Assembly: GCA_035559535.1 (NCBI GenBank)
Contig: DATMBG010000051.1
Location: forward strand, 248,001-312,000
Direction: 5' to 3'
Length of the DNA: 64,000 bases
From: Candidatus Limnocylindrales bacterium
Lineage (GTDB): Bacteria > Moduliflexota > Moduliflexia > Moduliflexales > JAUQPW01
The position numbers and the translations under genes are program-made. Numbering within the stretch: position 1 is the stretch's first letter; each line of letters starts with the position of its first letter. Below, piece by piece: positions 48,659 to 57,914 of this stretch. The notes below the pieces were generated by a model. The model saw only the letters and a program-made list of their open reading frames with translations. It made no database searches and was not told where the DNA came from.

Positions 48659-49261
48659 TTATAAAGTTATTTGGGGGGCTTTACTAAACCTTCTTACTAC
48701 GGCTCCCCAGTCGATGGCCCTGAAAAATGCCTCAATATAATCTGCACGCTTCAATCCATAATCAATCATAAAAGCATGTTCAAAGACATCCATAATAAGA
48801 AGGGGAATACCACCTCCAAGATGTCCCACATCATGTTCATTAATCCAGGTATTGAAAAGCCGATTGGCAATGGGATCAAGATAAAGAACGGCCCATCCAA
48901 TGCCGCGCATGGTACCGGTGGCTTTAAAATCACTTTCCCAATTTTCATAGGAGCCATATTCTTGGGTCAATTTCTGAGAAAAGGGTGAACCTTTATCTAG
49001 AGGGTTTCCACCCTTTGCCATATTACCGAAATAATATTCGTGCAGACGCATGCCGTTAAATTCCCATCCAAATCTACGTTTTAATTCGGCATATTCCGGC
49101 GTTCCGGCTTTTCCTTCTTTATGTAACTGGGTCAGAGTACTCAGCAATTTGTTGGTATTGGTGACATAACCCTGGTAAAGGGTAAAGTGATTTTTTAAGA
49201 GCTGATCGCTAAAACCTGGAGTACCTAATAAATGATCAAAGTTTTTTGCTTCGTAAGTCAT
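48659..49261 (-). CDS. Fe/Mn superoxide dismutase family protein
   Basis: Metal ligands in NHFTLY, LHEYYF and DVFEHAF; GIGW; GGAGG RBS. Confidence 0.88.
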   Translation of the reverse strand: MTYEAKNFDHLLGTPGFSDQLLKNHFTLYQGYVTNTNKLLSTLTQLHKEGKAGTPEYAELKRRFGWEFNGMRLHEYYFGNMAKGGNPLDKGSPFSQKLTQEYGSYENWESDFKATGTMRGIGWAVLYLDPIANRLFNTWINEHDVGHLGGGIPLLIMDVFEHAFMIDYGLKRADYIEAFFRAIDWGAVVRRFSKAPQITL

Positions 49262-49584
49262 TTTAACCTCCTCGCACTCATTTGTCTTCTAAAAGATCCT
49301 AATAAAGGGTGAAATCAAACCCCTTAGGCGCCAAACGCCAGGTGAAATAATACCCTTAGGACCCACTCCTCCCCCCGGAGAGAGGATTCAACCGCATTCT
49401 TCTCTCCCCTGTGAAGCAGGGGGCGGGAATGGTACACCCCGGGTTTAGCAGTTTAGCGCTTTTGGGTGTGATACGTCTCCTCTCTAGCCATAGGTAAGAC
49501 CTATAGATATCTCATCCTATCATTTGGACTAGAGATTTACCTATTTATCTTGTGTACCTTAAGCTGACCTTTGTCAAGCCAGAA

Positions 49585-50652
49585 TTATCGTTTCAAGGTA
49601 ACCCTCTCGCCAACTTCGATCATTTTGATACTTTCTGTAACCAACGCCGTTGCCGTGTTTTCCTGTACGCTAAGGATTACAAGACGTCCTAAAGCCCTTT
49701 TGGGATAGCCTTCACCTATTTTCCTATAAATGATAAACTGATCTCCCGGTTGAACGCCCTGCAAGGCTCCTACATCTAAATAAACTATATCATTGGCTGC
49801 AATTCCGATTCGAGCTTCCTTTTCGGTTAATATGAAGGCCTGAAGTTCTCCATCTACCACCAAGCAGCAAGTTTTTGAATCGCCTACTGGAGGTTTTGCA
49901 TAGGGAATAGATAACTCTGAAGCAGGAACCAGCTCATCCCCCTGCTGCATGTAATCATAGGTTTTAATAATTTCTGCACACGAGATATTCTCCTCCAGAC
50001 AATCTATTTTAACGCGTCCCAAAACCTTAATAAGGGTTCCTATAAATTGAGAGGTTATGGGATGAAATACCTCCCTTTCTATGCGATAGGCCACCAAGAT
50101 ATCTCCAGGCTTTACCTGCTGAGCTCTACCTCTATTTACATAAATCAAATCTCCAAATGTCAAACCCAATTTACCCTCTTCAGAATTGATAATGGTAGCC
50201 ACCTTTTTTAATTTAAGCTCAGCAGCCCGTTCCGGCACTAAAAAACCGGCTGATTCAATCTCATCTACAGAAGATACGATCAAGGGAGGTGGTCGAAAAG
50301 GGGGTACTTCAATGGGTTTCTCGATGGGAAGTCCATACCAGGGTTTTGCCAGTCTGTCAAATCCTCTTTCCTCTCCAACCTTCTTGCTCCAGGCCCCCGA
50401 ATACCCTAAGGTATCTCCCGGATAGATACGATGGGGATTTTTTATAGCCGGATTCTCTTTTTGGAGTTTTCTCCAGTCTTCCGGGCTCTCCAAATATCTT
50501 CCAGCTATGCCTCGAAGCGTATCTCCGTATTTAACTACGTAATCTTCTTCAGATAAATCCTTCTGAGATTTTGGTTGTGCCTTCACAGAAACATTAAAAA
50601 AACCTATACCGATGCTTACTGCCAGGATGAACAGTTTCAATAAGGAATTCAT
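49585..50652 (-). CDS. LysM peptidoglycan-binding exported protein
   Basis: Signal peptide; YVVKYGDTLRGIA..W..NP.IKNPHRIYPGD; repeated beta domains D.VY...G....V.PGD. Confidence 0.83.
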   Translation of the reverse strand: MNSLLKLFILAVSIGIGFFNVSVKAQPKSQKDLSEEDYVVKYGDTLRGIAGRYLESPEDWRKLQKENPAIKNPHRIYPGDTLGYSGAWSKKVGEERGFDRLAKPWYGLPIEKPIEVPPFRPPPLIVSSVDEIESAGFLVPERAAELKLKKVATIINSEEGKLGLTFGDLIYVNRGRAQQVKPGDILVAYRIEREVFHPITSQFIGTLIKVLGRVKIDCLEENISCAEIIKTYDYMQQGDELVPASELSIPYAKPPVGDSKTCCLVVDGELQAFILTEKEARIGIAANDIVYLDVGALQGVQPGDQFIIYRKIGEGYPKRALGRLVILSVQENTATALVTESIKMIEVGERVTLKR

Positions 50653-50778
50653 AGTTTTTTTGTCTGTTATCCGTTGTTTCAGATCTAGCCGTTTTACAAT
50701 TCCCTTGAAAAGAAGATCATCAAGCAGGCTATTCTAAACAACGGGTAACAGACAACCCACGATAAACCAGGGGACCCT

Positions 50779-51690
50779 CTACAGCCGACTAATTTCACTT
50801 AACTTCTTATTGGCTTTAGTGCGAATCCTATCGATACGTCCGTAGCGTCGGATTACCTCATTGAGTGTAGCTCGAGCTTTATCATACTGTCTCAACTCTG
50901 CGTAAGCATAGCCCAACTTCAGATAAGCATCTGGAACTTTATTTCCATTGGGGTAGCGATCCAGAACCTGCTGGAAGGATTGAATAGCCCGGTAATAGTC
51001 TTTTTGTGCATAGTAAGCTTCACCGGCCCAGTAATACGCATTATCTGCAAGATCACTGGTAGGATACCCATAGGCCAGTTGTTCAAATTTTATGGCTGCC
51101 TGAGTATAGTCTCCTCGGTTAAAATACCCCATGGCTTCACTATAAAGTTGCTGAGGAGACAGTCCATAAGGTTCCGGTGGAGGAGCATTGAAGGGGGTAT
51201 TCGGTGAATAATAATCCCAGGGTTGACCGGGAAGAGGGGGAACCTCGTAATCCCGGTTATAGGGATCATTTAAGCCGGGGTAATAAGGTCCGTATGGGCC
51301 GGATCCCGGTTCTTGAGGATAAGGTGGATAGGCATAGGGATAGGCATAACCCATTGAAGGACCGTAATCGGGAGGTCCACCTGGAATCTGCCGGATGTCC
51401 ATAGGAGGTCGGTTCGGTCTAAAATCTAAGGGAGGCTGATCTGGTTGAGGGTAATTTTGGGGGTAACCGGGAGGTGGCTCTGTGGGGGGATAAGCCGGAT
51501 AAATGGGAGGATTACCGGGAACAGGAATTGCCACCGGGTTTTGACTTCCTACCGGAGTTTTCTCCTGGCTGGTAATTCGGCCGTAGACCGATTTAGAAAT
51601 CATTAAACTGCTACTTAGGATCATCACCAAAGCAATTAAAGCCAGCTTTGAAATAAAGGATTTCACAGCTACCTCTCCTCTCGTTCCCAT
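50779..51690 (-). CDS. CpoB/YbgF-like TPR protein with a long Pro/Tyr-rich N-terminal region
   Basis: YPTSDLADNAYYWAGEAYY, YPNGNKVPDAYLKLG; signal/TM segment followed by a Pro-rich stretch. Confidence 0.78.
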   Translation of the reverse strand: MGTRGEVAVKSFISKLALIALVMILSSSLMISKSVYGRITSQEKTPVGSQNPVAIPVPGNPPIYPAYPPTEPPPGYPQNYPQPDQPPLDFRPNRPPMDIRQIPGGPPDYGPSMGYAYPYAYPPYPQEPGSGPYGPYYPGLNDPYNRDYEVPPLPGQPWDYYSPNTPFNAPPPEPYGLSPQQLYSEAMGYFNRGDYTQAAIKFEQLAYGYPTSDLADNAYYWAGEAYYAQKDYYRAIQSFQQVLDRYPNGNKVPDAYLKLGYAYAELRQYDKARATLNEVIRRYGRIDRIRTKANKKLSEISRL

Positions 51691-51840
51691 CTTTCACCCT
51701 GGGGAGGCAGGGTTCAGGGGATTGGCAGGACATTCAAGTTTATTCGAAGACCAGGCTTCCAAAATACGATAGGTATAACTGTGTGATATTTCCCTGGATC
51801 GTGTCAAGGAAAAAATTACGGATTTTTAAGGAGTTAGATT

Positions 51841-53067
51841 TTAGACTCCAAAAAGCCCTTTATGAAAGCCCCCTTCAAAGGTCCAGGAACTCCGGATGAT
51901 TTCCGCTAACCTTTGCACGCCTTCCTCAATTTCTTCAGGTTTGGGACTTACAAAATTCAATCGAAGGGTATTGTGACCATCCCCCCGGGGAAAGAAGGTT
52001 CGACCTGGAACAAAAGCGACCTTTTTTTCTTCCATGGCAACTTTTAACAGGTCCTCAGCATGCAGGGAATCCGGAAGTGTTAAAAGGAGAAACATACCGC
52101 CTTCCGGGTGAGTCCAACTGACTTCCCGGGGAAAGTAGTGTTCCAGGCATTGCAGGAGGATATCCCGCTTTTTCTTGTAAGCTTTACAGAGCCGCTGAAT
52201 CTGGGGTTCCAACTGGCCATTGATACAATAACGATATACCACCCGCTGCCAGAAAGTATTAGTATGTAAATCGGTAATCTGCTTTACCTGGGCTATTCGG
52301 TCCATGAGTTCCTTTTCCGCTGCAATCCACCCCACGCGAATTCCCGGAGCAATGGTTTTTGAGAAAGTTCCCGTTGAGATAACTACGTGTCCCCCTTTAA
52401 AGGCTCTCAGGGAAGGTAAAGAATCTCCCTCATAGCGTAAATCTCCATAGGCATTATCCTCCAGAATAGGAACGTTATAGCGCTCGGCCAGAGCAACCAG
52501 CTTTTCCCGTCGGTTTAAGGAAAGAGTTATTCCCGTCGGATTCTGAAAGTTAGGAAGGGTATAAATCATTTTCGGGGTCTGGGTTTTTAGAAGTTCTTCC
52601 ACCTGATCCACTATCATACCTTCCCCATCCATAGAAACTGGGAGATACTCGGCTTGATAGCTATCAAAAATCTGGAGTCCTGCAAGGTAGGAGGGGTTTT
52701 CGATGATAATTTTATCGCCAGGGTCTAGGAGAATTCGGGCGGCTAAATCCAGACCCTGCTGAGAGCCATGGGTAATGAGCACATTATCGGCGGAAGTCCT
52801 CTCACCCTGTCGGGTTAACCTCTCGGCAATAAAGCTCCTTAAAGCGGGGTACCCCTCCGCTGCACTGTACTGTAAAGCTATTTTGCCTTCCTCTTGAAAA
52901 ACCTCATTACATAATTTCTGTAATTCTTCCAGGGGAAAGAGTTCGGCATCCGGCAACCCACTGGCAAAATTAATAAACTGAGACTGTGTCACTACCTTTA
53001 AGATTTCCATAATAGCTGAAGGCGCAACCCGTTCCATTCGCTTTGAATATTTTTCGGTCCATTTCAT
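51841..53067 (-). CDS. PLP-dependent class I aminotransferase (LysN/2-aminoadipate transaminase-like)
   Basis: FASGLPD, GSQQGLD, PNFQNPTG, EDNAY, TFSKTIAPGIRVGW, PEGGMF, LRLNF. Confidence 0.88.
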   Translation of the reverse strand: MKWTEKYSKRMERVAPSAIMEILKVVTQSQFINFASGLPDAELFPLEELQKLCNEVFQEEGKIALQYSAAEGYPALRSFIAERLTRQGERTSADNVLITHGSQQGLDLAARILLDPGDKIIIENPSYLAGLQIFDSYQAEYLPVSMDGEGMIVDQVEELLKTQTPKMIYTLPNFQNPTGITLSLNRREKLVALAERYNVPILEDNAYGDLRYEGDSLPSLRAFKGGHVVISTGTFSKTIAPGIRVGWIAAEKELMDRIAQVKQITDLHTNTFWQRVVYRYCINGQLEPQIQRLCKAYKKKRDILLQCLEHYFPREVSWTHPEGGMFLLLTLPDSLHAEDLLKVAMEEKKVAFVPGRTFFPRGDGHNTLRLNFVSPKPEEIEEGVQRLAEIIRSSWTFEGGFHKGLFGV

Positions 53068-53275
53068 AAATCGTAAACTTCCTCTCCTTTCTATTTCGAA
53101 TACCTATATGAAGGCTATTCGGCTATCTTATCTTCAAAACACCCTTTTGAATGTCTTTATAGCTAAGGGTGAGAAGTATTTTGTCCCGGTATATGTTTAT
53201 CACTATGATAGAATCCGGTGGGTTTGTCAAATTAAAAAAGGAAACTACTTCCAGGTAATCTAACTAAGGAAATCC

Positions 53276-53304
53276 TTGACATATTTTTTCAAGATAGTTA
53301 TCCT
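53276..53304 (+). promoter_or_regulatory. Sigma70-type promoter upstream of the NYN gene (divergent partner TTGACA-17-CATAGT at 53202-53230)
   Basis: TTGACA-17 nt-TATCCT. Confidence 0.45.
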
Positions 53305-53441
53305 ACTATAAGCGAATTTGCTCTTTGACAGTATGAAAGGTAAAATTTAATAGCTCCTGGTTAACTAAGCCGGTAAGGTCCTTAAGGGGAGAGTTAATAG
53401 AAACCGTGTATTTGATTTAAAATTAATAAGGAGTATGTAAA

Positions 53442-54023
53442 ATGGATCGAGTGGGTATATTTGTAGATGTCCAAAATATTTGGAAAACTTTTGGAAAAAT
53501 AAAATATGATGTTTTATTAGCGCATGCCCAAAAAAATCGAAAATTAGTCAGAGCTTCGGCCTTTATGAGCTATGATCCGGAGGATGAAGGTCAGCACAAT
53601 TTTATGAGAGCCCTGAGCCATCTGGGATACCGGGTGGTCAGCAAACCTATTCGTCGCCTACCCGATGGAAGTATCAAAGGTAATATCGATTTGGAATTCG
53701 CTATTGACGCGCTTACCTTAGGCAAATATTTAGATGTAGCCGTTCTGGTTACCGGAGATGGGGATTTTGTTAAACTGGTTGAAGCCTTGGGCCATATGGG
53801 TACCCGGGTTGAAGTCATCGGACCTGATGCTAATACGGCCATCGAGTTGATTTATGCTGCCGATCATTACACCAATTTAAGCCATCTCGAAGGGATCGTA
53901 GAAAGTCCAGAGCCCGGTGGGGATCGAAACTTTAACCATTATAGTGAAAAGCTGGCCAAGAAGCAGAACGAGTATACTAATCGTTTTGAAGGGAGAGTCT
54001 CTTATAGGCCAGGTTCAACGTAG
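53442..54023 (+). CDS. NYN domain (LabA/DUF88) protein
   Basis: IFVDVQN, KGNIDLEFAID, VTGDGDF, EL..AAD. Confidence 0.88.
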   Translation: MDRVGIFVDVQNIWKTFGKIKYDVLLAHAQKNRKLVRASAFMSYDPEDEGQHNFMRALSHLGYRVVSKPIRRLPDGSIKGNIDLEFAIDALTLGKYLDVAVLVTGDGDFVKLVEALGHMGTRVEVIGPDANTAIELIYAADHYTNLSHLEGIVESPEPGGDRNFNHYSEKLAKKQNEYTNRFEGRVSYRPGST

Positions 54024-54121
54024 GATCTTAATCTGTGAAACGTAACGCGTAAAACGGAGGGCTTTCTATCTGATGGCTTTCGTTTTACGTATTACGTAAT
54101 AAGTAGCTTAAACGTCCTCGT

Positions 54122-55219
54122 TTGAGTATTAGCAAATTTAAGCTCAATATTGACAATGCGCTGACACTTCTTCTGATTTTTGTACCTGTCAGTTTTTTCC
54201 TTGAGTTCACCCATGCCCGTCCTCCTTTTATATTCATCTCTTCTGCCTTGTCTATTCTTCCTTTAGCCGGACTTATGGGTAAGGCTACCGAGCATCTGGC
54301 AAGTAGAACCAGTGCGGGTATAAGTGGTTTGTTGAACGCTACGTTTGGTAATGCAGCCGAGCTAATTATCGCTTTAATGGGAATTCGAGCGGGACTCTTT
54401 AACATGGTTAAAGCGTCTATTACCGGGTCCATTGTAGGAAATATCCTTTTCGTCTTGGGACTTGCTATTTTTTTGGGTGGATTAAAACGGGAAAAACAGA
54501 ACTTCAATAGCTTGGCAGCCAGTGTAGGGTCTACCATGTTAACCTTATCGGTTATATCTCTGCTGATTCCGGCCGTCTTTACCCAAACTGCCCACTTTCA
54601 GAATCCCTCTCAAAAATTTATTCTCAGCGAAGAACTCAGCCTGGCCATTTCGATAATCCTTATCCTGGTTTACCTGTGTGGACTTATTTTTTCCCTTAAA
54701 ACTCACAAGCATCTGGTTCGTGAGACCGACTCAGAAACCCGGGATGAAACAGAATCCCACTGGGGGGTAAAAAAATCCCTTCTCATCCTTTTCATATCCA
54801 CCGTTACCATTGCCTTTATCAGTGAGTTCCTGGTTACTTCCCTTTCACCTACGGCACAGGTCCTGGGACTTACCGAACTCTTTATGGGAATTATTGTAAT
54901 TGCTATCATTGGTAATGCAGCAGAACACAGTACTGCCGTCCTGGTGGCGATTAAAAATAAAATGGATTTAAGCATGAATATTGCAGTTGGCTCAAGTATC
55001 CAAATCGCTTTGTTTGTCGCTCCGGTTTTGGTCATCACGAGTTATTTAATGGGTACTCCCATGGATCTGGAATTTACCTTACTAGAAGTGGTTGCAGTAG
55101 CCATCTCTGTAGCGGTTGTAAGCCTTATCTCCCTGGATGGGGAATCCAACTGGTTGGAAGGGATTCAATTGCTGGCAGTTTATGCCATTCTCGCTATTGT
55201 ATTTTTCCTCGCACCCTAA
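54122..55219 (+). CDS. cax: Ca2+/H+ exchanger (CAX/ChaA family)
   Basis: Alpha repeats [12 protein letters not shown] and [24 protein letters not shown]. Confidence 0.92.
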   Translation: MSISKFKLNIDNALTLLLIFVPVSFFLEFTHARPPFIFISSALSILPLAGLMGKATEHLASRTSAGISGLLNATFGNAAELIIALMGIRAGLFNMVKASITGSIVGNILFVLGLAIFLGGLKREKQNFNSLAASVGSTMLTLSVISLLIPAVFTQTAHFQNPSQKFILSEELSLAISIILILVYLCGLIFSLKTHKHLVRETDSETRDETESHWGVKKSLLILFISTVTIAFISEFLVTSLSPTAQVLGLTELFMGIIVIAIIGNAAEHSTAVLVAIKNKMDLSMNIAVGSSIQIALFVAPVLVITSYLMGTPMDLEFTLLEVVAVAISVAVVSLISLDGESNWLEGIQLLAVYAILAIVFFLAP

Positions 55220-55302
55220 AAGACAGTGAGCAGTAGGCAGTAAGCAGTGAGCAATGAAAAATCAAACAGCTCACTACCTACTGCCTGCTCCCCACTGAGG
55301 TT

Positions 55303-56190
55303 ATGAAAATTCGTAAAGCGGTTTTTCCGGCAGCAGGTTTGGGTACCCGGTTTCTTCCGGCTACCAAAGCACAACCTAAAGAAATGCTCCCGGTAGTGGA
55401 TAAACCCACCATTCAATATGTAGTTGAAGAAGCCGTCGAAGCGGGTATTGAAGATATTGTTATTATTACAGGCCGAGGTAAACGAGCCATTGAAGACCAT
55501 TTTGATATTTCCTTTGAGCTGGAATATAATTTACATAATAAAGGAAAGATAGAGGAATTGAATGAGATCCGTCATATCTCTGAAATGCTCACCGTGTGTT
55601 ATGTACGGCAAAAACAACCCCTCGGACTGGGGCACGCCATCCTAACGGCAAAGGATATCATAGGCGAAGAACCTTTTGCCGTCTTGCTCGGAGATGATAT
55701 TATTTACTCTAAATCCCCTTGTATTAAGCAATTGATAGAGGTACATAATCGGTATAATTGTTCTGTGGTGGCCGTCAGACGAGTTGATAAGAAAGAAGTT
55801 CAGAGTTATGGAATTATCGATGCTAAAGAAATAGAGCCTCGAATTTATCGGGTCCTGGATATGATAGAAAAACCGGTTCCTGAAGAGGCCCCCTCGAATC
55901 TTGCTATTATGGGGCGGTATATTTTAACCCCTGAAATTTTTGATGTGCTGGCTGAGGTTAAACCCGATCAACGGGGTGAAATTCAACTGACCGATGGGTT
56001 GAAAGCCTTACTTTCAAAACAGGTGATCTATGGATATGAATTTGAAGGGATCCGCTATGATATCGGAAATAAATTGGGTTTTTTAACGGCAACCGTTGAA
56101 TTTGCGCTTCGGAGGGCTGATTTAGGGGATGATTTTAGAAAATATTTGCAGAGCCTGGACTTAAATAAAAGCTGGATTGAATCCGTTTAA
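55303..56190 (+). CDS. galU: UTP--glucose-1-phosphate uridylyltransferase
   Basis: AAGLGTRFLPATKAQPKEMLP, LGLGHA, LGDD, EKP, GEIQLTD. Confidence 0.95.
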   Translation: MKIRKAVFPAAGLGTRFLPATKAQPKEMLPVVDKPTIQYVVEEAVEAGIEDIVIITGRGKRAIEDHFDISFELEYNLHNKGKIEELNEIRHISEMLTVCYVRQKQPLGLGHAILTAKDIIGEEPFAVLLGDDIIYSKSPCIKQLIEVHNRYNCSVVAVRRVDKKEVQSYGIIDAKEIEPRIYRVLDMIEKPVPEEAPSNLAIMGRYILTPEIFDVLAEVKPDQRGEIQLTDGLKALLSKQVIYGYEFEGIRYDIGNKLGFLTATVEFALRRADLGDDFRKYLQSLDLNKSWIESV

Positions 56191-56193
56191 TAC

Positions 56194-56269
56194 AGGACGC
56201 GGAGATATGGAGACCCGGGGACTTGGGGGACACGGGGAAAAGTTTCCGCGTCTCCATATCTCCGCGTCC
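56194..56269. repeat. Octamer-based (ACGCGGAG/CTCCGCGT) inverted-repeat hairpin
   Basis: aggacgcggagatatggagac ... gtctccatatctccgcgtcct perfect arms. Confidence 0.7.
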
Positions 56270-56286
56270 TAAAACTCCTCATCCCC

Positions 56287-57255
56287 GTGTTTCTCATCGT
56301 TTTAGTAGGACCTACCGGAGTAGGTAAAACTGAAGTTGCTCTAGAACTGGCCCAACGGCTGAAGACAGAAATTATAAGTGCAGATTCCAGACAGGTTTAT
56401 AAATACATGGATGTCGGTACGGCTAAACCTACCCGAAGCCAACAGGAGCTGGTTCGGCATTATCTGATCGATCTGATAGAACCAGATCAGATTTATTCTG
56501 CCGCAGATTATGCCCGGGATGCCGGGCAGGTGATACAGCAATTCCATACCCGTGGACAAATCCCCCTGTTGGTGGGTGGAACCGGCCTATATATTCGTGC
56601 GGTTACGGAAGGAATTTTTGAAGGGCCGGGGGCGGACCCAGATTTTCGTCAGGAAATGGAACGGTTGGCCGGTCTTTATGGAAGTGATTATTTACACTGC
56701 AAACTCCAAAGGATAGATCCCGAGACGGCCTTACGCCTCCATGCCCATGACCTGGTTCGAATTATTCGGGCATTGGAGGTTTATCATCTCACCGGTAAAC
56801 CCCTTTCCTATCATCATAAACAGAGTTCGTGGGGACACCTCCGCTATCCGACTTGCTTTCTGGGTCTGACCCGACCCCGGGAAGAGCTCTACCACCGAAT
56901 CAACCGTCGGGTAGAAGCTATGATCGCACAAGGTTTTGTTGAGGAAGTTAAGACGCTCTTAGAAAAAGGTTATCAGCCAAGCCTGCATGCGATGCAATCG
57001 CTGGGCTATAAACAGATGACTGAATTCATCTTAAAAGGAGGGAGTTTGGATAAAACCGTTCTAGACATTCAAAAAGAAACCCGTCACTATGCGAAACGAC
57101 AACTTACCTGGTTTCGACAAAACCCCCGAATTACTTGGCTCCATCTTTTAGAATCCCAAGCCCCTTCAGAGGTTATACAGCAGTGTCTCAGGCTTATAAA
57201 GGCTTTCTACTCCAAAGTCAAGCCTAAAGACTTTAAAAACTCAATATCCAATTGA
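56287..57255 (+). CDS. miaA: tRNA dimethylallyltransferase
   Basis: GPTGVGKT, SADSRQVY, GTAKP, VGGTGLY, RALEV, YAKRQLTWF. Confidence 0.95.
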   Translation: MFLIVLVGPTGVGKTEVALELAQRLKTEIISADSRQVYKYMDVGTAKPTRSQQELVRHYLIDLIEPDQIYSAADYARDAGQVIQQFHTRGQIPLLVGGTGLYIRAVTEGIFEGPGADPDFRQEMERLAGLYGSDYLHCKLQRIDPETALRLHAHDLVRIIRALEVYHLTGKPLSYHHKQSSWGHLRYPTCFLGLTRPREELYHRINRRVEAMIAQGFVEEVKTLLEKGYQPSLHAMQSLGYKQMTEFILKGGSLDKTVLDIQKETRHYAKRQLTWFRQNPRITWLHLLESQAPSEVIQQCLRLIKAFYSKVKPKDFKNSISN

Positions 57256-57539
57256 TTAAGCTCGAAGGAAACTGGTTGATCCGATGGCTCAAATCCTTCC
57301 TCCCTTTGACTGGTGTCTACCACCTCCTCTGCAGGTAAAGTTTCTTCTTCTTCGGACTTATCTTGCAGGTCATCTCTTTTATGAAGGAGGATCCCCGAGA
57401 AGACCGATAAAACAATCTCATAACCTTCCTGCCCGGCTAACTCCAAAGCATTTGAAAGCTCCTGAGAGTCTCTCAAGCTATTTTGGATAGCTTCCGTAAT
57501 CATCTGTATAATCTTATTTCTGATTTCCTCGTCTTCCAT
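57207..57539 (-). CDS. Hypothetical acidic protein convergent with and overlapping the miaA 3' end
   Basis: MEDEEIRNKII...AIQNSLRDS..GYEIVL...FELNQLDIEFLKSLGL; start uncertain (57539, 57605 or 57620). Confidence 0.65.
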   Translation of the reverse strand: MEDEEIRNKIIQMITEAIQNSLRDSQELSNALELAGQEGYEIVLSVFSGILLHKRDDLQDKSEEEETLPAEEVVDTSQREEGFEPSDQPVSFELNQLDIEFLKSLGLTLE

Positions 57540-57745
57540 GAGATCACATGCGCGTATGTGCTTGAATGTCAGCCGATGGAAAGGATCCTTAACGCTTCTG
57601 TACACTCATGCACGCGGCATCTCATCCTCCGATTCAATAAATATTGGTTTTTATTCACCAAGTTAGTTATAAGAAATCACTTTATCATATTTTAAGTAAA
57701 AAGGTTATGTTAAATAGGCTTCTTGGTGAATAAACCTCTCTTAGA

Positions 57746-57774
57746 AAGATATCTTTTCAATTCAAAAAGATCAA
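57746..57774 (-). promoter_or_regulatory. Putative sigma70 promoter giving an approximately 200-nt leader
   Basis: TTGATC-17 nt-TATCTT. Confidence 0.35.
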
Positions 57775-57914
57775 GTAAAAAATCAGGATTCTTATCACCA
57801 GGTAAGTCTTTAAACTTAGATTTGCAAAATAGATACCAAAACAAGTAAAAAATTGAGAATCTTTGTAGAGTTTAAGAAGAGATATCCTCCAGGAGGCAGA
57901 AGAATTTTCCATTT

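Noticed and set aside
57540-57740. 6S or SRP RNA
   Set aside because: There is no SRP domain IV motif and no 6S-like long duplex with a central bubble; retained only as a possible cis-regulatory leader.
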